Assembly: GCA_019420275.1 (NCBI GenBank)
Contig: JAHZHN010000012.1
Coordinates: 521-64,520, forward strand
Direction: 5' to 3'
Source: Clostridiales bacterium
GTDB lineage: Bacteria > Bacillota > Clostridia > Lachnospirales > Lachnospiraceae
DNA length: 64,000 nt
Numbering within the stretch: position 1 is the first letter of the stretch; each line of letters starts with the position of its first letter. Made by a program: the position numbers and the translations under genes. The notes beneath the pieces are model-generated. The model had not been told where the DNA came from. It made no database searches and saw only the letters and a list, made by a program, of their open reading frames with translations. Shown in pieces: positions 30,168 through 39,604 of this stretch.

Positions 30168-30294
30168 CATGTGATGTTTTTTTTCAAATACTTCTTGTAT
30201 TCTTTGCTCTTATACATCTATCACAAATCGTAAAAAAACCCTTGATTTTTAATTTTTTAGTCACCAAGAAATTTTCATTAAAATTATCTGAAAA

Positions 30295-31215
30295 TTATAT
30301 TTTTTGAAGATAGCGCTCCACTGACTGCACACAATTAGCTCCATCTGCAACCGCAGTCACCACTTGACGAAGGTTTTTAGTTCTTCCATCCCCACCTGCG
30401 AAAATTCCCGGCAGATTGGTGACTCCATCTTCTCCTGCTTTGATATAACCCTGATCATCCATTTCAAGACGTCCTTTCAGCAGATCAGAAACCGGCTTTG
30501 TTCCCACGGCAATAAAAATTCCATCCACCTGCAGCGTCTTATCCACATGACTATCCACATTTTCGATCTGTATGCTCTCAACTTTATGTTCACCGTCGAT
30601 TTTTGTCACTACACTATTCCACAAGATTTCAATTTTTTCATTGTTTTTCACCTGTTCTTGAAGAATTTTTGCTCCTCGAAGTTCATCTCTTCGATGAATC
30701 AAATACACTTTATCACACATCCTGCTTAAAAAGATTGCATCCTCCAGTGCCACATCTCCGCCGCCGACAACTGCCGTAACCTTATTCCTGAAAAATGCTC
30801 CGTCGCATGTGGCACAGTAAGAAACTCCCATACCGGCAAGCTCCTGCTCACCTGGCACTCCTAATGTACGGTGAACCGCCCCTGTAGCCAGGATCACTGT
30901 TTTCGTCTGAATCTTTTCTCCTTCTTTGAGAATGATTTCCTTCACATCTCCATCGGGCATAATATCTGTCACTTCCGCCACTCTGGTCTCAATCCCCAGT
31001 TCTTTAGCATGCTCCGCAAATTTATTGCTCAGTTCCATCCCATTGGTCTTGGGAATCCCAGGATAATTGTCTACTTCATAAGTCTGGATCACCTGTCCTC
31101 CCGGCATATATTCCTTCTCCAGCAAAAGACTGTCCAGCATCGCTCTTTTAGCATAAATTGCAGCCGCCATTCCCGCCGGTCCAGATCCAATAATAACCAG
31201 ATCATAAATTTTCAT
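30295..31215 (-). CDS. trxB: Thioredoxin reductase
   Basis: GSGPAG, CATCDG, GGGDVA, HRR, RQVVTA. Confidence 0.96.
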   Translation of the reverse strand: MKIYDLVIIGSGPAGMAAAIYAKRAMLDSLLLEKEYMPGGQVIQTYEVDNYPGIPKTNGMELSNKFAEHAKELGIETRVAEVTDIMPDGDVKEIILKEGEKIQTKTVILATGAVHRTLGVPGEQELAGMGVSYCATCDGAFFRNKVTAVVGGGDVALEDAIFLSRMCDKVYLIHRRDELRGAKILQEQVKNNEKIEILWNSVVTKIDGEHKVESIQIENVDSHVDKTLQVDGIFIAVGTKPVSDLLKGRLEMDDQGYIKAGEDGVTNLPGIFAGGDGRTKNLRQVVTAVADGANCVQSVERYLQKI

Positions 31216-31334
31216 CTCTACTCATCTCCTTTTCTTTCATCTTTCTATCATTATACCTTATCCCAAACCACAATTCCATATTCACACCGCTTCCAGGTTC
31301 ATATCACCCTCCAGTATTTCATCCGTGAATTTTC

Positions 31335-31405
31335 ATTTTGATATTTTTCTAAATATTGTTGACTTTTTATAATATATGTTTTATTATTTAGATAATCTTC
31401 TAAAT
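31335..31405 (+). promoter_or_regulatory. sdpR promoter flanked by two 7-6-7 inverted-repeat operators
   Basis: ATTTAGA-N6-TCTAAAT (31386-31405) and ATTTTGA-N6-TCTAAAT (31335-31354) around TTGACT...TATTAT. Confidence 0.65.
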
Positions 31406-31426
31406 GTTTTTTAAAGAGGTGATTAT

Positions 31427-31720
31427 TTGGGATTTCAGAAAACTTTTAAAGCATTGTCCGACGGTACCCGCCGGAAGATTTTAAATCTTCTCAAACAAGG
31501 ATCTCTGTCCGCCGGAGAGATTGGACAGCACTTTGAGATGACAGGGGCTACCATCTCACACCATTTAAGTATATTAAAAGATGCCGGTTTGGTGACCGAT
31601 GAAAAACGCGGAAAATATGTTTATTATGAACTAAATCTATCCGTCCTGGAAGAACTCATCAACTGGCTCCAAGACTTTAAGGAGGATTTATCTTATGAGA
31701 AAAATGATCAAGAGAAATAA
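31427..31720 (+). CDS. sdpR: ArsR-family autorepressor, SdpR-like
   Basis: FKALSD.TRR.IL.LL, SAGEI, ATISHHL.ILK.AGLV; directly upstream of an SdpI-like gene. Confidence 0.85.
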   Translation: MGFQKTFKALSDGTRRKILNLLKQGSLSAGEIGQHFEMTGATISHHLSILKDAGLVTDEKRGKYVYYELNLSVLEELINWLQDFKEDLSYEKNDQEK

Positions 31721-32342
31721 ACTTTGTTTTGTGATTTTCTTATTTTCTATTTTGCTTGCTGCTGCAGTCTTTCCTTTTCTGGATGACCGTATTCCAATTC
31801 ACTGGAATATGTCCGGTGAAATCGATGGATATGGAAACAAATTCTGGATTTTTATGGAACCACTGATGATGCTGTTCCTCACGATTCTTTTGGACATAAC
31901 TAGAAAAATCGATCCTCAAAAGGACAACTACGCAAAATTTCAGAAAAATTTTGACGGCATAAAAGCTGCAGTATGTCTTCTTCTCCTGCTGATTCAGTTG
32001 ATCACCACAGCAGTATGCCTCGGCGTCAATCTCCAGGTTCAGGTAATCCTGCCGATTCTAGTTGGAATCCTATTTGTTTATCTCGGAAATATGATGCCAA
32101 AATTCAAACACAACTATTTTGTCGGCATAAGAACTCCATGGACTCTGGCAGATCCAAAAATCTGGTTTCAGACACATCGTCTCAGCGGAAAAATATGGTG
32201 CGCAGGCGGATTTTTTATCATTCTGTCCGCATTCCTTCCTTCTCCCTTTAACTTTGCAGTTCTTCTGGCTGCCATTTTGATCCTTTGTTTTGTGCCGATC
32301 CTTTATTCCTATTATATCTATCGCAAACACAAAGATTCATAA
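31695..32342 (+). CDS. sdpI: SdpI-family immunity membrane protein (DUF1648 + SdpI)
   Basis: IPIHWN.SGEIDG, GN.MPK...NYFVGIRTPWTL....W..THR..G. Confidence 0.88.
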   Translation: MRKMIKRNKLCFVIFLFSILLAAAVFPFLDDRIPIHWNMSGEIDGYGNKFWIFMEPLMMLFLTILLDITRKIDPQKDNYAKFQKNFDGIKAAVCLLLLLIQLITTAVCLGVNLQVQVILPILVGILFVYLGNMMPKFKHNYFVGIRTPWTLADPKIWFQTHRLSGKIWCAGGFFIILSAFLPSPFNFAVLLAAILILCFVPILYSYYIYRKHKDS

Positions 32343-32411
32343 ACATTTTACTTATTTTTCATCCGCTGGTGAATATTCTGTGATATACTTTCGGCAGGAG
32401 GAAGTAACACT

Positions 32412-33254
32412 ATGACATCTTTTCAGTTTCCCACAGAAGGAATCAGTTATACGAAAGCCGAGAAAAAAATCATCAATTACATTTACCAGCATCCTTCTGC
32501 CGTTATTTTTATGTCCATACAGCAGTTATCTGCTGCTCTTGGGATTTCCGAATCTACGATTTCAAGATTTGCCCGTCACGCAGGATACGAAGACTTTAAA
32601 GCATTAAAGCATCATCTCCAGCATTCACTGAATTCTGATACTCTGAGCCCAGCAGATAAAATATCGCGTACACTTCATACAGAAGAAACCCCGTCTATCG
32701 AAAAACTTCTCCAGCAGCAGATAGAATATATAGAAGATACAATACAGCAGCTGGATTTATCTGCCGCTTCTCAGGCCGCAAAACTTCTGGCTCACGCTTC
32801 TCAGATCCATATCTTTGGAAAAGGCGCATCCCGAGGTCTTGCTCATCTTCTGCATTTTCGTCTGAGACGTTTTGGAAAATCCGTCCGCATGATACAGTCT
32901 GCCGGTTCTGAGATTTTTGAAGATTTGATTCATATCCATTCCAATGACTGTGTTCTTCTTTTCGGATTTCAGAAAGTCCCTCTGGAAGTACAGGTTATCT
33001 TAGACTACGCAAAAAAACAGGATGCTTCCACCATCCTGTTTACCAGCCAAATGTACGACTCTCCGGAAAACCGAGCCGATATTAATCTATATGCTTACCG
33101 CGGTCAGCCAGAAGAATATCATTCCATGACGGTTCCTACCGCTTTGGCAGATGCTCTCATTGTTCTAACTGCGGACGCCATAGATGATTCTGTTGACACA
33201 CTGGAATATCTTCATCAATTGAAAGAATCTTATTCCAAAGAGATTCCGCGTTAA
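32412..33254 (+). CDS. RpiR/MurR-family transcriptional regulator
   Basis: HTH SESTISRFAR..GY..F plus SIS domain (IFGKGAS). Confidence 0.92.
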   Translation: MTSFQFPTEGISYTKAEKKIINYIYQHPSAVIFMSIQQLSAALGISESTISRFARHAGYEDFKALKHHLQHSLNSDTLSPADKISRTLHTEETPSIEKLLQQQIEYIEDTIQQLDLSAASQAAKLLAHASQIHIFGKGASRGLAHLLHFRLRRFGKSVRMIQSAGSEIFEDLIHIHSNDCVLLFGFQKVPLEVQVILDYAKKQDASTILFTSQMYDSPENRADINLYAYRGQPEEYHSMTVPTALADALIVLTADAIDDSVDTLEYLHQLKESYSKEIPR

Positions 33255-33278
33255 AAAAGAGGGCACGCCCTCTTTTTT
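33253..33278. terminator. Bidirectional terminator between RpiR and PHP genes
   Basis: AAAAAAGAGGGC-AC-GCCCTCTTTTTT. Confidence 0.8.
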
Positions 33279-34069
33279 CATGCGCCTTTTACCAGAAAAG
33301 ACACATAATCTCCACCCAGAGCATTGATTTCCTTTAATGACTTCTTCAGCAGTCCTGCAGTTTTTACCTGAAAAGATGCCATCTGAGAAATTTTGATGTT
33401 ATAATTTTCTTTCTTCATCTGCTCCCTGATTTCTTCCACTGTGGTACATTCTTTTTCAAATATATTATAAATACATCCATATTGGAAAGACTGATGGGTA
33501 TCACTGCCCGCTGCTACCTGCTTTTCAAATTTCTGTGCAAACTCATATACCTTTTGTTTCGTTCCGGTCTCATCTTCCGCAATATCTTTTCCATTCAAAT
33601 CAAAGAAATCGAATTTCTGAATAAGTTCCTTTGGAAGTTCCGGGATATGTCCTCCCGCCCGATAAGGATGCCCTGCCCCTATCAGCAGATCATAAGAATC
33701 AAAATATTGACTTAAAATCTCAAATGGAAGAAATCTTCCTTTTTCTTTGTAGGGCTCCAGTCTCTGGTTCAGCTCAATAATCTGCTCTGACGGTCCAATC
33801 GAAAGTACATGACCGCCTTCGGCAATATCCGTCTCCATTCCAGGAAACACCTTAAGTCCCTGATCCGTCACATAGCAGTCTCCTTCTTTTTCATAATATG
33901 TTTCCAGATAATTGTATATTTCCTGAAAGCCGATTGTATTAAAATGCTCCGTTAGACAAATTGCGTCCAGACCGGCGGCCTTTGCTTCCGTCAGAAGCCA
34001 GTTTGTATACGCTCCTGAAAAAGGCAGCTTTTTTGCTAATTTGCCATGGGTATGAAAATCTATCTTCAT
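33278..34069 (-). CDS. PHP-domain metal-dependent phosphoesterase
   Basis: DFHTH, LTEH, GME, GH, HPYR, GSDTH; start at ATG 34069 after AGGAGG. Confidence 0.88.
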   Translation of the reverse strand: MKIDFHTHGKLAKKLPFSGAYTNWLLTEAKAAGLDAICLTEHFNTIGFQEIYNYLETYYEKEGDCYVTDQGLKVFPGMETDIAEGGHVLSIGPSEQIIELNQRLEPYKEKGRFLPFEILSQYFDSYDLLIGAGHPYRAGGHIPELPKELIQKFDFFDLNGKDIAEDETGTKQKVYEFAQKFEKQVAAGSDTHQSFQYGCIYNIFEKECTTVEEIREQMKKENYNIKISQMASFQVKTAGLLKKSLKEINALGGDYVSFLVKGA

Positions 34070-34083
34070 TTTTCCTCCTTCTT

Positions 34084-34911
34084 CTATACCGTAAATGACA
34101 TTCCTATGCTTCCAAAAATCCATATGACAGAAACCACAATAAAGGCGAAATCGTGTTTTACAATTTTCAAACTGGACAACTTGATCCGTTTGACCTCCTT
34201 GTTAGAAGCCGCATAGCGGTATCCTCTCAATTCCAGCGCCTCTACCGTTGTCCTGGAACGTTTTGCTGTATTGAGCAGCAGTGGATAAAAAGCCTGGATG
34301 ATAACTTTCACCTGATAAATCAAATACTTTATTTTTCCTAATACTCCTTTTTTGTTGGGTGCCTTTCCCCGCATCCGATAAGAAAGCAGAATATTTTGAA
34401 ATTCTTCCATTAAAATCGGCAGAATCCGATACGCAAAAGAAATACTGAAAGACAGCCGCTCCGGGCATCCAAACCACAGCAGTCCATTGGCAAGACGGTC
34501 AGGATCCAGCCCTGAAAATACGGTAATCGATGCCATAGATACAATCGCTACTTTTAACGTCATTACAAGAACCGGAACGATTGTTGCTGCATTTCCTCCA
34601 AACAGCAGAGAAACAATAAACAGATATCCTGTCTGAGAAAAAACACCCAGGCAGAAGACAAACATCACAAGGGGAGCGATTTTTGCCTTGTATGCCGCTG
34701 CCGCAACAAATAAGAACAAACAGATCAACAATACAACATTGCTTAAAAACCATGGAACAATGCCAAAAAAACAATACCATACCAGAAGAACCCTGGGATC
34801 TAATCTGGCAATGACCGTATCGTTATTGCCGTAAGCATTTTTTAGTACCTGATTTCTTATATAGTCAATGGATATTTTATCAAAAATACTCTCTGATATT
34901 TTTTTCTTCAT
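34084..34911 (-). CDS. ECF transporter transmembrane (T) component
   Basis: LDPR, YR.LP.L.EE, RMRG and ALELRGY coupling motifs. Confidence 0.88.
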   Translation of the reverse strand: MKKKISESIFDKISIDYIRNQVLKNAYGNNDTVIARLDPRVLLVWYCFFGIVPWFLSNVVLLICLFLFVAAAAYKAKIAPLVMFVFCLGVFSQTGYLFIVSLLFGGNAATIVPVLVMTLKVAIVSMASITVFSGLDPDRLANGLLWFGCPERLSFSISFAYRILPILMEEFQNILLSYRMRGKAPNKKGVLGKIKYLIYQVKVIIQAFYPLLLNTAKRSRTTVEALELRGYRYAASNKEVKRIKLSSLKIVKHDFAFIVVSVIWIFGSIGMSFTV

Positions 34912-36597
34912 TTATACTGCCTCCCTGTGAAATAGATGTAAAAATTCGTTCACCGTATAGCATGGAGTTTCCGGACAGATTTCTTTTCCCAACTGATAAA
35001 TTTCCGGCGGCTGGATTCCTGCCTCCTTCATAACTTCCTGATCTTTAAAGACATCCTCCCTTGTTCCATCTTTTAAAAGTTTTCCGCCGGACAATACAAG
35101 AATCCTGTCTGCCCATTCACAGACAAGCTGCATATCGTGAGTCGCGATCATAACAGTATCTGTAATGCTCTTCATATCGCTTAATGTACGCAGGATTTCC
35201 TTTCTAGTGGCAATATCCAGATTGGCTGTCGGCTCATCCAGCAGCAAAATAGATGGATTCAGGGCAATTCCTATGGCCAGAGATGCCCGTCTCATCTGAC
35301 CTCCAGACAACAGTCTTCCGTCTCTCTCCTTAAGATCCTCCAGCTGAAATCTTTCCAAAAGTTCTTTCGTCCTTACCTGATAGTTTTCTATTTCTCGAAC
35401 CTTCATAGCAAATTCTATATCCCTTTTGATAGAATCTTTAATGAACATTTCTTCCGGATTTTGATAAACGAGGGAAAGAACCTGAGATAGTTCATTCATC
35501 TCCATTTCTTTGATATTTTGGTCCCGCAGCAGAATTTCCCCTTGAGATGGTTTGAGCAGACCGCACATAAGTTTCATGATCGTAGATTTTCCAGCACCAT
35601 TAGAACCAATGACTGCAATCTTTTCTCCTTTATGAATTTTCAGATTAAAGTGGCTAAGCACACGGACCGGATCCCCCTTTACAGAACGGTATTCCACAGA
35701 TACATTTTTAAACTCTACTACCGTGTTTTTCTTCTGCTGCACATCCAGAATCTTTGCTTTGGCTGCCCTTGTCTGCTTATATCCTTGAAAGAACTTTTTT
35801 CCTTCCTCCACAGTGATCGGAAGTTTTGATTGCATTCCTTTCGCAATCCGATCTGCTGCCAATGTCACCTGCGGTGAAAAAATATTGCTCCTTTGCAGCT
35901 CTTCTACACGGCACAAAGCTTCTTTTGCCGGCAGTTTCCATGCAATGCCTCCATCCCGCATCAACATGACATGTTTACAGTAACGGGCAATATATTCTGT
36001 ATGATGTTCGATTACAATGATTGTTTTTCCATATTCCTCATTCATCTTCTTTAAGACTTCATAAATATCTCTTGCATGAACAGGATCCAGCTGAGCAATC
36101 GGTTCATCCAATACAAGAATTTGCGGCGAAAGAGCTGCTGCCCCTGCCAGAGCCAAAAGATGTTTTTGCCCTCCAGACAGCTGCCATACATATTCATCCG
36201 CCTTGTGGGCAATCCCGCACATTTCCAGTGCTCTGCGTCCTTTCTCCTCGTAATCTTTTACTGCAAAATTAAGACATGCAAAAGCTGCATCATCCAAAAC
36301 AGTCGGCCGTACAATCTGATTTTCAAAATCCTGATATACATATCCGATTTTTTGTGCCAGATTCCCAATCTCACATTCTTTTGTATTGAGTCCGCTGATA
36401 ATAACATTTCCCTCCATATCCCCTGCTGTAAAATGAGGGATCAAACCATTCAGGGTCTTGCAGAAAGTTGATTTCCCGCATCCGTTGTTTCCAACGATTG
36501 CGAGAAAATCACCTTGTTCTATTTCAACCGACAGATTCTTTAAAGTCGGTTCTGCAGCACCAGGATAAGTAAAAGTCAAATTCTTAATCTGAATCAT
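34912..36597 (-). CDS. ECF transporter fused double ATPase (A-A')
   Basis: Two ABC domains (GNNGCGKST/LSGGQ/LDEP and GSNGAGKST/LSGGQ/LDEP). Confidence 0.93.
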   Translation of the reverse strand: MIQIKNLTFTYPGAAEPTLKNLSVEIEQGDFLAIVGNNGCGKSTFCKTLNGLIPHFTAGDMEGNVIISGLNTKECEIGNLAQKIGYVYQDFENQIVRPTVLDDAAFACLNFAVKDYEEKGRRALEMCGIAHKADEYVWQLSGGQKHLLALAGAAALSPQILVLDEPIAQLDPVHARDIYEVLKKMNEEYGKTIIVIEHHTEYIARYCKHVMLMRDGGIAWKLPAKEALCRVEELQRSNIFSPQVTLAADRIAKGMQSKLPITVEEGKKFFQGYKQTRAAKAKILDVQQKKNTVVEFKNVSVEYRSVKGDPVRVLSHFNLKIHKGEKIAVIGSNGAGKSTIMKLMCGLLKPSQGEILLRDQNIKEMEMNELSQVLSLVYQNPEEMFIKDSIKRDIEFAMKVREIENYQVRTKELLERFQLEDLKERDGRLLSGGQMRRASLAIGIALNPSILLLDEPTANLDIATRKEILRTLSDMKSITDTVMIATHDMQLVCEWADRILVLSGGKLLKDGTREDVFKDQEVMKEAGIQPPEIYQLGKEICPETPCYTVNEFLHLFHREAV

Positions 36598-36598
36598 C

Positions 36599-37456
36599 CT
36601 ACACCTCTCCTTGAATGGTTTCTGGTTTTCTGAAATTTTTCAATATCCTTGAGCAGACCAAAAGTATAAGGACTGCTGCTGTTCCAATACCAGCAGCAAA
36701 CGCTGCAGAACTTTCCGCCCAGGAAGCCTCCCAGTCAATAAGAGACATTCCATTTTCTGCAAGAAACTCAGCCGCAACAGCCACTGCAAAACCGATTCCT
36801 GACCATATAACAACTTTTGCCGTAGTTCCTGCATTTCCCTCCGGCAAGTTTTTTTCATCTCTTGGCTTCATTCCAAGCAGCGGTTCAATCTTTCCATACA
36901 ATCTTGGAACAAGGAACACGGCAGGCAGCATGCAAAACAGAATTCCTGAGAAAAGAACATCATTCAAAAACGCAAATCCTTCTGTAAAATAGACGCTTTG
37001 CGGAAGTCCGGGCACCGCCTCAAAATCAGAGACTGCGAACTGTACTTTCAAAATATCTACCACACATCCCATAAACTGCTGCAGGATTACACCAAACATT
37101 GATGCTGCTGCAACGGCTTTATGGTTCTTTGGATTCTTGACAAGCCTTCCCGCTACATAGATACCAATAGTTAATGTAAGAAATTTTTCTAATTCTCCCA
37201 AACCTCCAAATTGTCCCAGCATAATCTCGCTAAATACAATCTCTCCTGTGGCTGCCCCCAGTGCCGCAGGCATTGGATCAAATAAGATGGCCAATGTCAA
37301 TGGAATAAATAGAAAATATTCCACAGAAAATTCAACGATTCCAATCTGAAACGATGGAATCAATTCTGTAAATAAGGTTGCTAATCCATAAAGCGACATG
37401 CTCAAAACGAAAATCATCAATTTTTGTGACTGTGTAATCTTTGTTTTTTGATTCAT
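36599..37456 (-). CDS. Putative ECF substrate-binding (S) component of unknown specificity
   Basis: Multi-TM protein with AxxxA-like motif (AALGAATGE); first gene of the ECF operon; start at ATG 37456 after GGGAGG. Confidence 0.7.
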   Translation of the reverse strand: MNQKTKITQSQKLMIFVLSMSLYGLATLFTELIPSFQIGIVEFSVEYFLFIPLTLAILFDPMPAALGAATGEIVFSEIMLGQFGGLGELEKFLTLTIGIYVAGRLVKNPKNHKAVAAASMFGVILQQFMGCVVDILKVQFAVSDFEAVPGLPQSVYFTEGFAFLNDVLFSGILFCMLPAVFLVPRLYGKIEPLLGMKPRDEKNLPEGNAGTTAKVVIWSGIGFAVAVAAEFLAENGMSLIDWEASWAESSAAFAAGIGTAAVLILLVCSRILKNFRKPETIQGEV

Positions 37457-37537
37457 TGTTTCCTCCCTGTCATAGGCTTTGTTGTTTTCTACATGACCTA
37501 TCATATCAGCCCCATGTAAACTGTTCTCTCATTTTTC

Positions 37538-37590
37538 CGTAAAATGAAAGTTAAATATCATTTTACGACAAAAAGAAAATTTTATTTCAT
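37538..37590. promoter_or_regulatory. Palindromic operator(s) upstream of the ECF operon, probably bound by the RpiR regulator
   Basis: Perfect CGTAAAATGA-N10-TCATTTTACG plus adjacent GAAAATTTTATTTCA. Confidence 0.6.
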
Positions 37591-37635
37591 TACAATCAAA
37601 AAACTTTCCTGTTTCGTTTTAGCATGCCGCTTTTT

Positions 37636-39471
37636 CTAATTCTTATATTTTTCTGTTTTTTCTTTCGAAAGCTCCAACAGCATTCCGCTGTAAGGCGGTA
37701 ATGTGGTGGATATTATTGTCTTGTCCTTTCCTTTTTTTAAGTTCCAGATCTCAGCACCCTTTGGTGTCTCTCCATTCCAGCACTCCCAATCAGTATGCAG
37801 AATACAGTTTCCTTTCCAGCTGCCGTCCATCTCCAATTCATATTTTTCCTGCACCTTATCTGAAAAATTAAATACTGCAGCCAGTATTGTTTCTCCACTG
37901 CCACGTCCAATAGCATAAATACACCGTTCTTCCTGATGGCAGTCCAGCCATCTGAAATTGTCGGGATTATAATCCTCATGCAAAGCTCTTTCTTTTTGAT
38001 AAATCCAGTTCAATTCTTTCATATAATGATGGAACGCATCATGAATCGGATATTTCAGCACATTCCAGTCCTGTTCCTGCTTTTCCGTCCATTCCCTGAG
38101 CTGTCCGAACTCGTTTCCCATGAAGTTCAGCTTTTTCCCTGGATGCATCATCATATAAAGATACATGGCTCTGGCCTGCGGGAACTTTCCCTCATACTCT
38201 CCATACATTTTCTGTAAAATTGCTGCCTTTCCATGAACAACCTCATCATGGCTAAACTCCAGTAAATACTGTTCATTCCAAAAATACATCATAGAAAAAG
38301 TGAGCTTGTGATAATCTCGGCTTCTGTATTCAGGAGGAGTCTGAAAATACTCCAGTGTATCATGCATCCATCCAAGATCCCATTTATAATCAAATCCCAG
38401 TCCGCCTTCATACACTGGTTTCGTAACACCTGGATAGGAAGTAGAATCCTCAGCTATCAGCATGGCATCTGGATGGCGCTGTTTTAATCCAAGGTTCATA
38501 TCTTTCAGGAACTCAATAGCAGCACCGTTTACTCCTCTTCTCTCATCTCCCTGCCAATAGATCAGCCGGCTGACCGCATCCATTCGGAGACCGTCAAAAT
38601 GATATTCCTGCAGCCAGTAATTGGCCGCAGACTGCAGAAAACATTTCACTTCCCTCCTGGAATGGATAAAATTACAGCTGCCCCACTCACTCTCTCCTGT
38701 ATCCTTGTTGTCATACTCATACAAAGGAGTTCCATCATAAAGTCTCAGTCCATACCCATCGACTGCAAAATGAACCGGAACAAAATCCATGATGACTCCA
38801 ATTTCTGCCTGATGGAGCATGTCTACAAACTGCATCAGCTGCTGCGGCTTTCCATAACGCTTGGTCGGAGCAAAAAATCCAGTATTCTGATACCCCCAGG
38901 ACCCGTCAAAAGGATGCTCGGACAAAGGCATTAATTCCACATGGGTATAATGATTTTCCTTTAAATAAGGAACCAGCATTTTTGCAATTTCATCATAATC
39001 ATACCATCCATTCTCATCGTCTGGATTCTGCCTCCAAGATCCTAGATGCATCTCGTAGATATTCACCGGTTTGTGTTTCCCATTATTTCGATTTATCATC
39101 CATTTTTTATCATGAAATTCATACTGATCCAGATTACAAATGATAGAACAGGCCCCCGGCCGAAGTTCCATTTCAAATCCATAAGGATCACAGTGTTCCT
39201 GCATCTGCCCGCCTGGTCCGTAAATGCAGTACTTGTACATATCTCCTTCTTTTGCTGCACCCGACTTCATAGAAAAAAAACCACTCTGTCCGTCTTTTTC
39301 CATAAATTCTTCTGTCCAGTTGTTAAACTCTCCGATCACCGCTATCTTTTCCGCCCTCGGCGCATAAGTAACAAACTCTATGACGTCTCCTCTTCTGTGC
39401 GCCCCCATATACTGATAGGCGTCAAATATTTTTCCATCATAAAAATCCTGTCTGTTCACCAATAACACCAC
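37636..39471 (-). CDS. glgB: 1,4-alpha-glucan branching enzyme (GH13), short form
   Basis: YEMHLGSW, HPFDGSWGYQ, DGLRMDAV, IAEDS, KWDLGWMHD, SHDEVVHGK; true start may be GTG 39459. Confidence 0.93.
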   Translation of the reverse strand: MVLLVNRQDFYDGKIFDAYQYMGAHRRGDVIEFVTYAPRAEKIAVIGEFNNWTEEFMEKDGQSGFFSMKSGAAKEGDMYKYCIYGPGGQMQEHCDPYGFEMELRPGACSIICNLDQYEFHDKKWMINRNNGKHKPVNIYEMHLGSWRQNPDDENGWYDYDEIAKMLVPYLKENHYTHVELMPLSEHPFDGSWGYQNTGFFAPTKRYGKPQQLMQFVDMLHQAEIGVIMDFVPVHFAVDGYGLRLYDGTPLYEYDNKDTGESEWGSCNFIHSRREVKCFLQSAANYWLQEYHFDGLRMDAVSRLIYWQGDERRGVNGAAIEFLKDMNLGLKQRHPDAMLIAEDSTSYPGVTKPVYEGGLGFDYKWDLGWMHDTLEYFQTPPEYRSRDYHKLTFSMMYFWNEQYLLEFSHDEVVHGKAAILQKMYGEYEGKFPQARAMYLYMMMHPGKKLNFMGNEFGQLREWTEKQEQDWNVLKYPIHDAFHHYMKELNWIYQKERALHEDYNPDNFRWLDCHQEERCIYAIGRGSGETILAAVFNFSDKVQEKYELEMDGSWKGNCILHTDWECWNGETPKGAEIWNLKKGKDKTIISTTLPPYSGMLLELSKEKTEKYKN

Positions 39472-39536
39472 CTTATCCTACATTTGTTGTTTTTCCTTCA
39501 TATGTATATTATAATAAAGAAAAAGAAACAGAACAA

Positions 39537-39561
39537 CCATCAAACAAGTGTGTTTTGATGG
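39537..39561. promoter_or_regulatory. Inverted repeat between divergent glgB and TetR (candidate TetR operator)
   Basis: CCATCAAA-N9-TTTGATGG. Confidence 0.5.
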
Positions 39562-39604
39562 ATATCCAACACATTATCACAAATTGTAGGATAGGAGATA
39601 TTAT

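Noticed and set aside
30000..30290. oriC
   Set aside because: No dnaA/dnaN/rpmH/gidA nearby, and gene orientation and strand composition look the same on both sides. Kept as a non-origin DnaA-box cluster.
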